Position numbers and translations under genes: made by a program. Below, in pieces: positions 24,518 to 34,456 of a stretch of DNA of 52,363 nt. This stretch comes from Bacillota bacterium (lineage in GTDB: Bacteria > Bacillota > Clostridia > DUPQ01). Position 1 is the first letter of the stretch. Every line of letters starts with the position of its first letter. The notes below the pieces were generated by a model. It was not told the DNA's origin. It saw only the letters and a list, made by a program, of their open reading frames with translations, and did not search any database. Location: contig DAINQB010000010.1 in the NCBI GenBank assembly GCA_036743175.1, forward strand, positions 1-52,363, written 5' to 3'.

Positions 24518-27493
24518 ATGAACAAAAAAATCAGTGAAATTGCCAGGGAACTTGATGTCAAGCCGGGAATCATATTGAAGAAGGTGAGGGACCTCGGTAT
24601 TTCCGCCGAAGGAGTGGCATCTGAAATTTCTGAAACAGAACAAAACAAACTTTATGAGCAGATGGGTCTTAGAAAAAGGGCCGGTTCCAAGAGTGCAAGG
24701 GCAATTAAAGTTGATGAATCTGATTCCGGCAAAAAGAAGGTTGTCATTAAGGCGCAACCCGTAAAACCGGTAAAACAAGCCCATTCAATGGAAAAGCCTG
24801 CCACGGACAAATCATCCGATGAAACATCTGCCGATGAAGCTCCTGTCCCAAAGCCAAAGAGGATGAAGGTAACTGTAATCAGAAAGCATAAGACAGATGA
24901 GGAAGAAGAAAGTACTTCAGCTGACGAAACCGGGAACGATGAAATCGAGGGAAATGCAGCTTCAGAGGAAATCTCCGCATCAGTTTCAGACAGCAGTGAA
25001 ACAATTCATGAAGAAACTTCCGAGGCAAATAAATCAGATATAGAACTTGAAAAGACGGAAGAAATAGAAGCAGGTTCAGAAGTGACTGCATCTGAGGAAG
25101 TTGATGCTGTGGAGGAAAAAACAGAGGAAGCCACGGTTACGGCCAAGGAAGAATCACCAAAACCAAGGACTGACAAACCGCATGTGAACGCAAAACCACA
25201 GACTGGTCAAAAGGACCACAGGAAACCACATAATAAGCCTCAGCCGCAAAAGGAATCAAAGCCGCTTGGACTTACAGGAAGGAAAATTGACCTTACTCCC
25301 AAAAAGCCAGTGCCCAGGCAGACCAGAGGTAACAGGGATAACAGGGATAACAGGGATAACAGAGATAACAGGGATACGCAGGATACCCGTACTGCCAGAC
25401 CCCAGAGACCGCAGAATGCCGGTGTTCCAAGACCAAGGCCTGCAGCAAAGGCGGATACGGATGTTGATGAAGAAAAACCTATATCCAAGACAACCCGGAA
25501 ACCGGAAAAGAGAAATAACACAAAGGAAAAAGGACGCTATGTACAGCAGGAGTTCAAACCTGTTGCAAAAAAATCCAAATCAAAATCCGGAAAGTACAGG
25601 AATGATGATTTTGTCGGAGGTGGAATAAGAAAAGTTAACGAAGTCCTTTCCGAGGATTACGTGCTCAATGAATACTACAGTGATGATAATCTGAGGCAGA
25701 GGCGCAGCAAAAGAAAGGCAGACAATGCACCAAGACGTGAAGTACTCACACGTGTCAAGCTGCCCGCAACCATGACCGTAAAAGCATTTGCAGAAACAAT
25801 AAAGAAACAGGCAACTGAGGTAATAGGCAAACTGATGTCCCTGGACATAATGGCAGCCTTGAATGATGACATTGATTTCGATACAGCCTTCCTTGTTGCA
25901 GCTGAATATGGAATAACGGCTGAACTGATGGAATCAATATCAATGGAAGACATACTCTTCGATGATGATAAGGTTGATTCTCCTGACAGCCTTGTTGAAA
26001 GAGCGCCTGTTGTCGTTGTCATGGGTCATGTTGACCATGGAAAGACAAGCCTGCTTGATACAATCAAGAATACTGATGTAGTTGCAACAGAAGCCGGTGC
26101 AATCACCCAGCATGTGGGTGCCTACAATGTCCGTGTCAACGGAAGGTTGATCACTTTCCTTGATACCCCGGGTCATGCAGCCTTTACTTCCATGAGAAGA
26201 AGGGGAGCACAGGTTACTGACATAGCAATAATCGTAGTTGCCGCTGATGATGGAATAATGCCGCAGACAGTTGAGGCAATAAACCATGCCAAGGATGCCG
26301 GAGTATCAATTATAGTTGCAATAAACAAGATAGATTTGCCGGCTGCAAATCCTGACAAAGTCAAACAGGAACTCACTGAATACGGAATAGTTCCGGAGGA
26401 GTGGGGAGGCGATGTAATATGTGTTCCTGTATCTGCCAAAAGCGGGGAAAACATTGATACACTGCTTGATATGATTCTTCTGACAGCTGATGTCCTTGAA
26501 CTGAGGGCAAATCCTGACAGACAGGCAAAAGGTACCGTAATCGAATCAAAGAAGGATGAACACAGGGGTGTTGTTGCTACATTGCTGGTGCAGAACGGAA
26601 CCCTCAGGGTAGGAGACTGCGTAATCAGCGGTACATCAGTAGGACGTGTAAGGGCAATGACAAATGACAAGGGAGATGAAATCAATGAAGCCGGTCCATC
26701 GATGCCTGTTGTTATCCTGGGTCTGGATGAAGTGCCGGATTCCGGTGAAGTCTTCTATTCCGTAGAGGATGAAAAGGTGGCAAAGAGCCTTGCCGAAGAA
26801 AGAAGATACCAGCAGCAGCAGCAGAAGACCAGCAAAAAGCCCACAAGCCTTGATGAACTTTTCAGTCAGATACAGGAAGGAAATGTAAAGGAACTCAAGA
26901 TCATTGTAAAGGCAGATGTCAAGGGCTCGGTTGAGGCAGTCACTGAATCACTGGAAAAATTGTCCAATGACGAGGTTACAGTCAAGGTAATCCATGGAGC
27001 AACGGGAACAATAAATGAGAGTGACATAAATCTTGCTGAAGTTTCAAACGCAATAATCGTAGGTTTCAATATAAGGCCGAGTGGATTTATCTCTAAGGCT
27101 GCGGAAGATGCCGGTGTAGATATAAGGCTTTACAGAATAATCTATAATGCAGTTGAAGAAGTTGCAGCGGCAATGAAGGGATTGCTTGATCCAAAATACA
27201 AGGAAGTCGTGACGGGTCATGCAGAAATCAGGCAGATATTCAAGGTGTCAGGAATAGGCACCATAGGCGGATGCATGGTCACGGACGGACGTATAAAGAG
27301 GAGTTCGGATGTAAGGGTTGTCAGGGAAGGCATTGTTGTCTATGAAGGCAAGCTGGCTTCACTCAAGCGATTCACGGATGATGTAAAGGAAGTACAGTCA
27401 GGTTATGAGTGCGGTATTTCCGTAGAAAAATACAACGATATCAAGGAATCAGATGTCATCGAGGCATTTGAGATGGTGGAAATAGAGGTATAG
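24518..27493 (+). CDS. infB: Translation initiation factor IF-2 with long charged N-terminal region
   Basis: [43 protein letters not shown]. Confidence 0.97.
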   Translation: MNKKISEIARELDVKPGIILKKVRDLGISAEGVASEISETEQNKLYEQMGLRKRAGSKSARAIKVDESDSGKKKVVIKAQPVKPVKQAHSMEKPATDKSSDETSADEAPVPKPKRMKVTVIRKHKTDEEEESTSADETGNDEIEGNAASEEISASVSDSSETIHEETSEANKSDIELEKTEEIEAGSEVTASEEVDAVEEKTEEATVTAKEESPKPRTDKPHVNAKPQTGQKDHRKPHNKPQPQKESKPLGLTGRKIDLTPKKPVPRQTRGNRDNRDNRDNRDNRDTQDTRTARPQRPQNAGVPRPRPAAKADTDVDEEKPISKTTRKPEKRNNTKEKGRYVQQEFKPVAKKSKSKSGKYRNDDFVGGGIRKVNEVLSEDYVLNEYYSDDNLRQRRSKRKADNAPRREVLTRVKLPATMTVKAFAETIKKQATEVIGKLMSLDIMAALNDDIDFDTAFLVAAEYGITAELMESISMEDILFDDDKVDSPDSLVERAPVVVVMGHVDHGKTSLLDTIKNTDVVATEAGAITQHVGAYNVRVNGRLITFLDTPGHAAFTSMRRRGAQVTDIAIIVVAADDGIMPQTVEAINHAKDAGVSIIVAINKIDLPAANPDKVKQELTEYGIVPEEWGGDVICVPVSAKSGENIDTLLDMILLTADVLELRANPDRQAKGTVIESKKDEHRGVVATLLVQNGTLRVGDCVISGTSVGRVRAMTNDKGDEINEAGPSMPVVILGLDEVPDSGEVFYSVEDEKVAKSLAEERRYQQQQQKTSKKPTSLDELFSQIQEGNVKELKIIVKADVKGSVEAVTESLEKLSNDEVTVKVIHGATGTINESDINLAEVSNAIIVGFNIRPSGFISKAAEDAGVDIRLYRIIYNAVEEVAAAMKGLLDPKYKEVVTGHAEIRQIFKVSGIGTIGGCMVTDGRIKRSSDVRVVREGIVVYEGKLASLKRFTDDVKEVQSGYECGISVEKYNDIKESDVIEAFEMVEIEV
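25331..25375 (+). repeat. In-frame 9-bp tandem repeat x5 in infB (Asn-Arg-Asp)
   Basis: AACAGGGAT x3, AACAGAGAT, AACAGGGAT. Confidence 0.9.
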
Positions 27494-27494
27494 T

Positions 27495-27857
27495 ATGGCC
27501 AGGAGAACCGAAAGGATTAGTCAGGAAATAAAAAAGGAAATAAGTCTGATCCTGCAAAATGAAGTAAAGGACCCAAGGCTTACGGCAATGCCGGGAGTCA
27601 TTGGGGTCAGGGTCACCAATGACCTGAGCTATGCTGATATTTATGTGAGTCTCTTCGGAGACAAGGAATCCATCAGGGAATCCCTTGAGGCCATAAGAAG
27701 TGCATCAGGATATATACGTCACTTACTGTCAAAAAGGATAAAGCTCTGGCATGTACCTGAACTCAGATTCAAATGTGATGATTTCATAGAGGAAGGCTTC
27801 AGGATTAACAGCATTCTGGACTCACTGAACAAGGATAAGAATGATGGAAATCAATGA
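27495..27857 (+). CDS. rbfA: Ribosome-binding factor A
   Basis: RRTERISQEIKKEIS, VKDPRL, VTNDLSYA, VPELRF. Confidence 0.95.
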   Translation: MARRTERISQEIKKEISLILQNEVKDPRLTAMPGVIGVRVTNDLSYADIYVSLFGDKESIRESLEAIRSASGYIRHLLSKRIKLWHVPELRFKCDDFIEEGFRINSILDSLNKDKNDGNQ

Positions 27858-28815
27858 GATGGTTGTCCGGTTCACTGAGTATGCAAGGGACATGACCGAT
27901 TGTGTGATCATGCCCCATGTGAATGCAGACGGCGACTGTCTGGGCAGTTCCATAGCTTTGAAGGACTTCATGGAATCCATTGGGGTTAGGACAAGGATTC
28001 TTCTTGAGGAGAAAATTCCTGAAAAATATGATTACCTGGATCCGGATAAGACATTAAGTGTCTATGAGGGTGGCGAGATTGAGGAGAGTTTCATTATCAC
28101 TCTTGATACAGGTGATACAAAGAGATTGGGTAAAAGATTCGAAGCATTGAAACACGAGGTTTCCTGGAACATAGACCATCATAAGACAAACACACTGTTC
28201 GGGAAATACAATTATGTTGACATAAATGCATCTTCCACGGGTGAAATCATCTACAATATTCTGGCCGGAAACAATTATGATTTCAGCAGACGGACTGCTG
28301 AGGCTCTTTTTACTGCAATCAGCACAGATACTGGTGGGCTCAGATATTCAAATACCACTCCAAATAGCATGAGGATATGTGCAGGTTTACTTGAAACAGG
28401 AATAGACATTTCAGAAATATCCCATAGGGCATTTGATATGATGCCTTACCCCAAGCTCAGGCTGAAGTGCCTGGCCATTGAGAATATGAGATTTTTCTGC
28501 GATATGAGGATTGCTGTTATATCAATGAAGGCATCTGAGTATGATTTTCTCGGGGGAAGGGATGAGTACTTTGATGGAATAGTAAACATAACGGTAAATA
28601 CCGAAGGAGTAATTGCGGGTGCCTTAATAAGGGAAGCCGGTTCAGGATATAAGGTCAACATGAGGTCAAATACTGATGCAATTGATGTGTCTTCGATTGC
28701 AGGCGACTTCGGCGGCGGAGGACACCAAAGGGCAGCCGGGTGCACCATTGAATCGGAAAACCTTGAACAGGCCTCTGAGCTTATCATCAAAAGACTATGC
28801 GGAGCCGTAAGATGA
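27841..28815 (+). CDS. nrnA: DHH/DHHA1 phosphoesterase (NrnA-like oligoribonuclease/pAp phosphatase)
   Basis: HVNADGDCLGS, IDHHKTN, TDTGGLRY, GGGGHQRAAG. Confidence 0.9.
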   Translation: MMEINEMVVRFTEYARDMTDCVIMPHVNADGDCLGSSIALKDFMESIGVRTRILLEEKIPEKYDYLDPDKTLSVYEGGEIEESFIITLDTGDTKRLGKRFEALKHEVSWNIDHHKTNTLFGKYNYVDINASSTGEIIYNILAGNNYDFSRRTAEALFTAISTDTGGLRYSNTTPNSMRICAGLLETGIDISEISHRAFDMMPYPKLRLKCLAIENMRFFCDMRIAVISMKASEYDFLGGRDEYFDGIVNITVNTEGVIAGALIREAGSGYKVNMRSNTDAIDVSSIAGDFGGGGHQRAAGCTIESENLEQASELIIKRLCGAVR

Positions 28816-28816
28816 T

Positions 28817-29713
28817 ATGGGAATGAACGGAGCCATCATCTTGTACAAGGAAAGAGGCATATCATCTTTTTCGGCCGTTTCAAAGGTCAGGAGAATAACA
28901 GGAGCAGACAAGGCAGGACACACCGGCACCCTGGATCCCATGGCTGAGGGTGTACTGGTTGTTTGTCTGGGAAAGCATACAAGACTTGCGGAGTACCTTA
29001 TGAAGGACGAAAAGGCATACAGGGTAACCATGCTTCTGGGGATAGCGACTGATACCTATGACCTTGAAGGAAGCATAACTGATAAATCCGACATATCTGA
29101 TTTACAGGATGACATTATTGCTAAAACCATTTTAGGATTTGTTGGAACCATTGAACAAAAACCCCCTGTATATTCAGCAGTAAAGGTCAAAGGCAGAAAA
29201 CTTTATGAATATGCCAGAAAGGGAGTTGATGTCACAATTCCTGAACGAAGAGTGGAAATAAAATCAATCAACAACTTACAGATATTTGATGATTCATATG
29301 ACGGGCATCATGTAAAACGCACGGAATTTGATGTTTCATGTTCAAAAGGTACATATATTAGAAGTATTTGCAATGACATCGGTAAGGCTCTTGGCAGCTA
29401 TGGGACGATGAGTGCTTTAGTCAGGACAAAGAATGGTTGCTTTAAGCTGAGTGATGCCCATGGATTGGATGAGATTGAAAAAGCAGCTGAAGAAGACAGA
29501 CTTGACAGTATAATCATTGATCCAACTGTATATTTGGATATTGACAGTATTTTACTTGATGAGAATGATTCAGAGCGGTTCATGAAGGGTATTGTCTTTG
29601 AAACAGGAAAACCGGCAGGAGATTATCTGGCAGTACTTTCAGATGGCAGGGCGGCAGGTATAGCATCAGTTGATGAATACGGGAAGATTAAGAGCAGGAA
29701 AAGACTTATATGA
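28817..29713 (+). CDS. truB: tRNA pseudouridine(55) synthase
   Basis: KAGHTGTLDPMAEGVL, KPPVYSAVKVKGRKLYEYAR, CSKGTYIRS. Confidence 0.96.
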   Translation: MGMNGAIILYKERGISSFSAVSKVRRITGADKAGHTGTLDPMAEGVLVVCLGKHTRLAEYLMKDEKAYRVTMLLGIATDTYDLEGSITDKSDISDLQDDIIAKTILGFVGTIEQKPPVYSAVKVKGRKLYEYARKGVDVTIPERRVEIKSINNLQIFDDSYDGHHVKRTEFDVSCSKGTYIRSICNDIGKALGSYGTMSALVRTKNGCFKLSDAHGLDEIEKAAEEDRLDSIIIDPTVYLDIDSILLDENDSERFMKGIVFETGKPAGDYLAVLSDGRAAGIASVDEYGKIKSRKRLI

Positions 29714-30645
29714 TTACTCTAACGGGAAACCAGGGAATCGAAGATCTCAAAGCTTCCGGGATAGGCCTCGGAAATTTCGACGGTGTTCACATAGCACATG
29801 AAAAACTGATCAGTGAACTGGTCAGGGAATGCAAGAAGCGTGGAATTCCATCAATTGTATATACCTTCAGGGACCATCCGGACAATATTCTGCAGAAAAG
29901 AAACATAAAATTGATTTCACCCCTTGAAAAAAGAATGGAGAAATTTGAGGAACTGGGTGTCGACTATCTGGTCCTTGAGGATTTCACAGATGAATTTGCT
30001 TCAATGGAAGCTACGGATTTCATAGAAGATATACTCGTCAGGAAGTACAGGATTTCACTTGTAGTTACAGGTTTCAATTATCATTTCGGTAAAATGGGCA
30101 GGGGTGACATACAGCTTTTGGAAGACCTTGGGAAGAAAAATGGATTTGACATTGTGACCATTGCACCGGTAAAGGCCGGGGATAAGGTAGTAAGCTCAAC
30201 TGCAATCAGGGAATATATTGAAAAAGGGGACATGGAAGAAGTCAGGGTCATGATGGGAAGATACTATTCAATCAAAGGAAAGGTTGAATATGGTAACAGG
30301 ATAGGAACCTTGATCGGATTTCCTACTGCGAATATAATTCCAATCAGAGATTTTGTACTTCCGGATAAAGGGGTATATTTTACAAAGACAATTGTAGATG
30401 GCAGGTCCTACAACAGCATCACAAACATCGGAGTAAGACCTACGGTCTCATCAAATGCTGAAAAAATAATAGAAACCCATATATTCAATTTCACCGGATG
30501 GCTTTACGGCAAGGAAATCGAAGTGCTTTTCATAACAAAGCACAGGGATGAGATCAAACATAATGATATAAATGAGTTGAAAAACAAGATTGAAACAGAC
30601 ATAGCAGAGGCGGTTCTTTTCTTTGGAAATCATCCGTACTTGTAG
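29710..30645 (+). CDS. ribF: Bifunctional riboflavin kinase/FAD synthetase
   Basis: GNFDGVHIAH, VSSTAIR, GFPTAN, NIGVRPT, IETHIF. Confidence 0.96.
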   Translation: MITLTGNQGIEDLKASGIGLGNFDGVHIAHEKLISELVRECKKRGIPSIVYTFRDHPDNILQKRNIKLISPLEKRMEKFEELGVDYLVLEDFTDEFASMEATDFIEDILVRKYRISLVVTGFNYHFGKMGRGDIQLLEDLGKKNGFDIVTIAPVKAGDKVVSSTAIREYIEKGDMEEVRVMMGRYYSIKGKVEYGNRIGTLIGFPTANIIPIRDFVLPDKGVYFTKTIVDGRSYNSITNIGVRPTVSSNAEKIIETHIFNFTGWLYGKEIEVLFITKHRDEIKHNDINELKNKIETDIAEAVLFFGNHPYL

Positions 30646-30693
30646 GGTGTAGTTTACCATGGTAAAATATTTGCAGCGCTAGGAGGTTATTAT

Positions 30694-31671
30694 ATGACTG
30701 AAGTTTCTTTTCCCAATTTGTTCGGAGGATTTGTAATCCGTGTCTCGAGGGTCGCATTTACATTGTTCGGAGTTGATATTTACTGGTATGGACTGATCAT
30801 AGGTGTCGGATTTGCCCTTGCTGTATTCCTGGCACTGAGAAATGCTAAGAAACATGGCCTCGTCGAGGATGATATCATCAATATCCTTTTGATTGCAGTT
30901 CCTGTTGCTATAATTTTTGCAAGGTTGTTTTATGTGGTCTTTTACACAAAGAACTGGACCTTTGCCGAAATCATAAATATCAGGGACGGAGGTCTTGCAA
31001 TCTATGGAGCAATAATCGGAGGTATGGGAGCCGCCGCTGTATACAGCTGGGTGAAGAAAATTAATTTTCTTGCCCTCGGCGACCTGGCTGGCCCATATTT
31101 CGCACTGGCACAGGCCATAGGCAGATGGGGTAATTTCGTAAACCAGGAAGCCTTTGGATATAATACAAATCTTCCATGGGGCATGACGAGTCAGCCCATA
31201 CAAAATGAACTGAGTCTTATGGCAGCAAGGGGAGTTGATGTAAATCCATATCTTCCCGTCCATCCGACTTTCCTGTATGAATCAATATGGAACCTGCTTA
31301 CTTTTGTATTATTGGTTGTCCTTTCAAGGAAAAAGAAATTCAATGGACAGATTTTCTGCCTTTATATGGCACTCTATGGTTTTGGAAGGATGTTCATCGA
31401 AGGTCTGAGGACTGACAGTCTGATGCTTGGAAACATCAGGGTAAGCCAGCTTATTGGTCTTGTGTTCTTCCTTGTTTTCACTGCTATTCTGCTTCTTATA
31501 TATATGAAGGACAGGAAAGAAAAGAAGGAAGCAAGGGACAATGAAGAAATGGCAACTGGTACTTCGGAATATGCTTCAATCCTTAAGGAAAACATCAAGC
31601 TGTCTGAGGATGAAGACAGGGGAGAAGACACTGAAGAACCCGGGGAAAGTGAAACAGAAGCAGATAAGTAA
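30694..31671 (+). CDS. lgt: Prolipoprotein diacylglyceryl transferase
   Basis: IYWYGLII, RDGGLAIYGA, AQAIGRWGNFVNQE, HPTFLYES, EGLRTD. Confidence 0.96.
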   Translation: MTEVSFPNLFGGFVIRVSRVAFTLFGVDIYWYGLIIGVGFALAVFLALRNAKKHGLVEDDIINILLIAVPVAIIFARLFYVVFYTKNWTFAEIINIRDGGLAIYGAIIGGMGAAAVYSWVKKINFLALGDLAGPYFALAQAIGRWGNFVNQEAFGYNTNLPWGMTSQPIQNELSLMAARGVDVNPYLPVHPTFLYESIWNLLTFVLLVVLSRKKKFNGQIFCLYMALYGFGRMFIEGLRTDSLMLGNIRVSQLIGLVFFLVFTAILLLIYMKDRKEKKEARDNEEMATGTSEYASILKENIKLSEDEDRGEDTEEPGESETEADK

Positions 31672-31688
31672 AGAATATTCAATGGCAA

Positions 31689-31718
31689 TAAAAAAAGGAA
31701 CCTTTTGGTTCCTTTTTT
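31689..31718. terminator. Bidirectional terminator between lgt and tRNA-Pro
   Basis: AAAAAAAGGAACC-TTTT-GGTTCCTTTTTT. Confidence 0.85.
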
Positions 31719-31794
31719 GGTCGGAGCGACAGGATTTGAACCTGCGACCCCTTGACCCCCAGTCAAGTGCTCTACCGAGCTGAGCCACGCCCCG
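31718..31794 (-). tRNA. tRNA-Pro (anticodon GGG)
   Basis: Reverse complement CGGGGCG...CTTGA-CTGGGGG-TCAAG...GGTTCAAATCC...CGCTCCG-ACCA, 77 nt. Confidence 0.97.
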
Positions 31795-31819
31795 GCATAT
31801 GTGCTCAAGTGCCTATGGA

Positions 31820-31848
31820 ATTATAGCACAGGGCAAAAGTTATGTAAA
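31820..31848 (-). promoter_or_regulatory. Sigma-A promoter of tRNA-Pro
   Basis: Minus strand TTTACA, 17-nt spacer, TGn-TATAAT. Confidence 0.75.
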
Positions 31849-31989
31849 GGTATATGGATGTAAAAACAAGTTCGTAATATCTTTATTTTTTGAAAAATCT
31901 GTTATATAATTGAACAAAATATTGAACTTACGATAAATTGGCAATATACTCATGACTTCAGGATACCAATGACCCGGGGGGGCGGGATA

Positions 31990-32646
31990 ATGACAAATGA
32001 AAACGCACTATTTGAAAACAATGTGGTTTATGTTGCCGGTATAGCTGCCGGGGAACCTTCCTTCAGTCACGAAATATATGGCGAGAAGTTCTATGTATTC
32101 AACCTGAATGTCGAAAGACTCAGCAAGTCATATGACACACTTCCGGTATTGATTTCCGAGAGGCTGGTCAATATTGAAAAGCTTAACAAAGGTAGTTTCG
32201 TTGAGGTGGAAGGACAGTTCAGGTCCTACAACAGTTCAAACAACGGAAGAAGCAAACTGGTCCTCAACATATTTGCCCGTGAAGCAAGGATAATTGATTC
32301 CCTGGATAACATACACAATAGAAATACCATTTTCCTGGATGGATTCATATGCAAGAAACCAAATTACAGGACCACGCCTTTCGGACGGGAAATCACGGAT
32401 ATACTTATAGCTGTCAACAGGGCATATAACAAGTCAGACTATATACCCTGTATATGCTGGGGAAGAAATGCCAGATTCTGTGAAAAGCTTGATGTTGGTG
32501 CAAACCTGAAGGTCTGGGGCAGATTGCAGAGCCGTACATATGAAAAGAAACTTGATGACAGAATAATCAAAAAAATAGCTTATGAGGTTTCGGTTACAAA
32601 ACTTGAATCTGACAGTGAAGTCGAAACAGAAAAAGCAGTAACCTGA
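31990..32646 (+). CDS. ssb: Single-stranded DNA-binding protein with two tandem OB folds
   Basis: OB1 NVVYVAG...VEGQFRSYN; OB2 NTIFLDGFI..YRTTPFGREI..SDYIPCICWGRNA..VWGRLQSRTYE. Second ATG (31990) preferred over 31969. Confidence 0.88.
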   Translation: MTNENALFENNVVYVAGIAAGEPSFSHEIYGEKFYVFNLNVERLSKSYDTLPVLISERLVNIEKLNKGSFVEVEGQFRSYNSSNNGRSKLVLNIFAREARIIDSLDNIHNRNTIFLDGFICKKPNYRTTPFGREITDILIAVNRAYNKSDYIPCICWGRNARFCEKLDVGANLKVWGRLQSRTYEKKLDDRIIKKIAYEVSVTKLESDSEVETEKAVT

Positions 32647-32659
32647 TCGGAGGACAGAA

Positions 32660-33934
32660 ATGAAGAAACTGGAAGTTGAACTAAAACCATGTGATGGTTT
32701 TTTTAATGTTAAGAAGTATGATGAAAAGCTTGAACAAGCATCGGAATGTGCAGATAAACTTTTCAATGGTACGGGAAGGGGCAGTGATTTCACCGGCTGG
32801 GTGAACCTGCCTCTCCGTGATGACGAAACCCAGATGAAGAAAATAATTGATACCGCAGACAGACTGAGGGATAAATCCGACTGCATGATAAACATTGGTA
32901 TAGGCGGGTCATATCTAGGGACAAAGGCGGTCTCTGACTTTGTATTCCCCCGGTCAGAAGGTCCTGAAATTCTATATGCCGGTAATTCAATAAGCGGAAC
33001 AGATATGCATGGACTCATTGAAAAAATAGAAAACAAGGATGTGTCTTTGTGTGTTGTTTCAAAATCCGGTACAACGACGGAACCTGCAATTGCATTTCGG
33101 ATCCTTGAAGGGTGGATGGAAAGAAAGTACGGCAGCAAGGCAAGGGAAAGGATAGTGGGGATTACCGATGCCCGAAAAGGAGCAGTAAAGAGTCTCTGTG
33201 ATGAAAAAGGATATGACAGTTTCGTGATACCCGATGACATCGGGGGCAGATATTCCGTCCTGACGCCTGTGGGGCTTGTTCCACTGGCAGCCTCAGGAAT
33301 AGATATAAGGGAATTGATGAAGGGTGCTGCCGACCAGGCAATTGTTTCAAGGGATCTTCCAAATGACGGGACTATGTATGCTGCAATGAGAAATGTCCTC
33401 CTTGATGAAGGCAGGACCACTGAAATACTTGCAGTTTATGAAGAAGCCCTTAGATTCATGGCTGAATGGTGGAAGCAGTTGTTCGGTGAAAGCGAAGGCA
33501 AGGAAGGCAGGGGAATCTTCCCTGCATCTGTTGTTTTCAGTGCAGACCTCCATTCCATGGGACAATATATCCAGGAGGGAATAAGAAATATTTTCGAAAC
33601 TGTGATTCATATCGAGAAGCCTCCCTTCGATATGCTGATACCTGATACCGGATCAAATGAAGATGGTCTTGCATATCTTGCAGGAAAAACCATGAACTAT
33701 GTCAATGAAACTGCCATGAGGGCAACAATGAATGCCCACAGGGCGGGCGGAGTTCCAAACATTTTGATAAATATTGAAGACCGGAGCAGCTACAGCCTTG
33801 GCAGGCTTATATACTTCTTCGAATTCTCATGTGCTGTAAGCGGGTATTTGCTTGGAGTAAATCCCTTTGACCAGCCGGGAGTTGAGGCCTATAAGAAAGA
33901 GATGTTCAGAATGCTGGGAAAACCCGGTTATTGA
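32660..33934 (+). CDS. pgi: Glucose-6-phosphate isomerase
   Basis: IGIGGSYLG, SKSGTTTE, IGGRYSVLT, QLFGESEGK, NPFDQPGVEAYK. Confidence 0.96.
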   Translation: MKKLEVELKPCDGFFNVKKYDEKLEQASECADKLFNGTGRGSDFTGWVNLPLRDDETQMKKIIDTADRLRDKSDCMINIGIGGSYLGTKAVSDFVFPRSEGPEILYAGNSISGTDMHGLIEKIENKDVSLCVVSKSGTTTEPAIAFRILEGWMERKYGSKARERIVGITDARKGAVKSLCDEKGYDSFVIPDDIGGRYSVLTPVGLVPLAASGIDIRELMKGAADQAIVSRDLPNDGTMYAAMRNVLLDEGRTTEILAVYEEALRFMAEWWKQLFGESEGKEGRGIFPASVVFSADLHSMGQYIQEGIRNIFETVIHIEKPPFDMLIPDTGSNEDGLAYLAGKTMNYVNETAMRATMNAHRAGGVPNILINIEDRSSYSLGRLIYFFEFSCAVSGYLLGVNPFDQPGVEAYKKEMFRMLGKPGY

Positions 33935-33984
33935 TGGGTCTGAACCCATGATTATTAAATCTTCTGTATAAATAAGGACTTGAT

Positions 33985-34452
33985 ATGAAAAAAATTCTTG
34001 AAGTATTTCTGTTATCCATGGTACCTCTGATAGAACAAAGGGGAGCGATTCCCCTAGGGATAATTGTCCATGACCTGAATCCATGGCTGGTCTTCATTGT
34101 TTCATTCCTTGGAAGCCTTGTTCCGGTCCCGTTCATTTTGTTTTTCTTTTCACATATCTTTGAATGGCTTGGAAAAACCAGGATCCTCAGATGGTTCTAT
34201 GAGTTCATTGACAGAAAAGTAAACAAAGGCAGGGACAAGGTGGAAAAGTACGAGCGCTGGGGTCTCATGATATTCGTTGCAATTCCTCTTCCGACAACAG
34301 GTCTTTGGACCGGAAGTGCAGTTGCTGCCTTTCTAAAGATGGACAGAAAAAAAGCGGCGGTATATATCATAGCAGGAGGTCTCATATCAGCTACTGTTAT
34401 AACGATTCTTTCACTGGTATTTCCCGCAATGCTGAACAATTGGATTAAGTAG
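33985..34452 (+). CDS. COG2426 / 'small multi-drug export' family membrane protein
   Basis: LSMVPLIEQRGAIPLG, FVAIPLPTTGLWTG; about four TM helices. Confidence 0.85.
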   Translation: MKKILEVFLLSMVPLIEQRGAIPLGIIVHDLNPWLVFIVSFLGSLVPVPFILFFFSHIFEWLGKTRILRWFYEFIDRKVNKGRDKVEKYERWGLMIFVAIPLPTTGLWTGSAVAAFLKMDRKKAAVYIIAGGLISATVITILSLVFPAMLNNWIK

Positions 34453-34456
34453 GTGG

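Noticed and set aside
28990-29700. Apparently more AT-rich 3' part of truB as a foreign or recombined segment
   Set aside because: Impression only; it cannot be quantified by eye, and the gene is intact and syntenic.
19997-33420. Long minus-strand ORFs (e.g. 19997-20926, 23239-23880, 32434-33420) and 31576-31788
   Set aside because: Shadows of well-conserved + strand genes or of tRNA-Pro, with no RBS or motifs.
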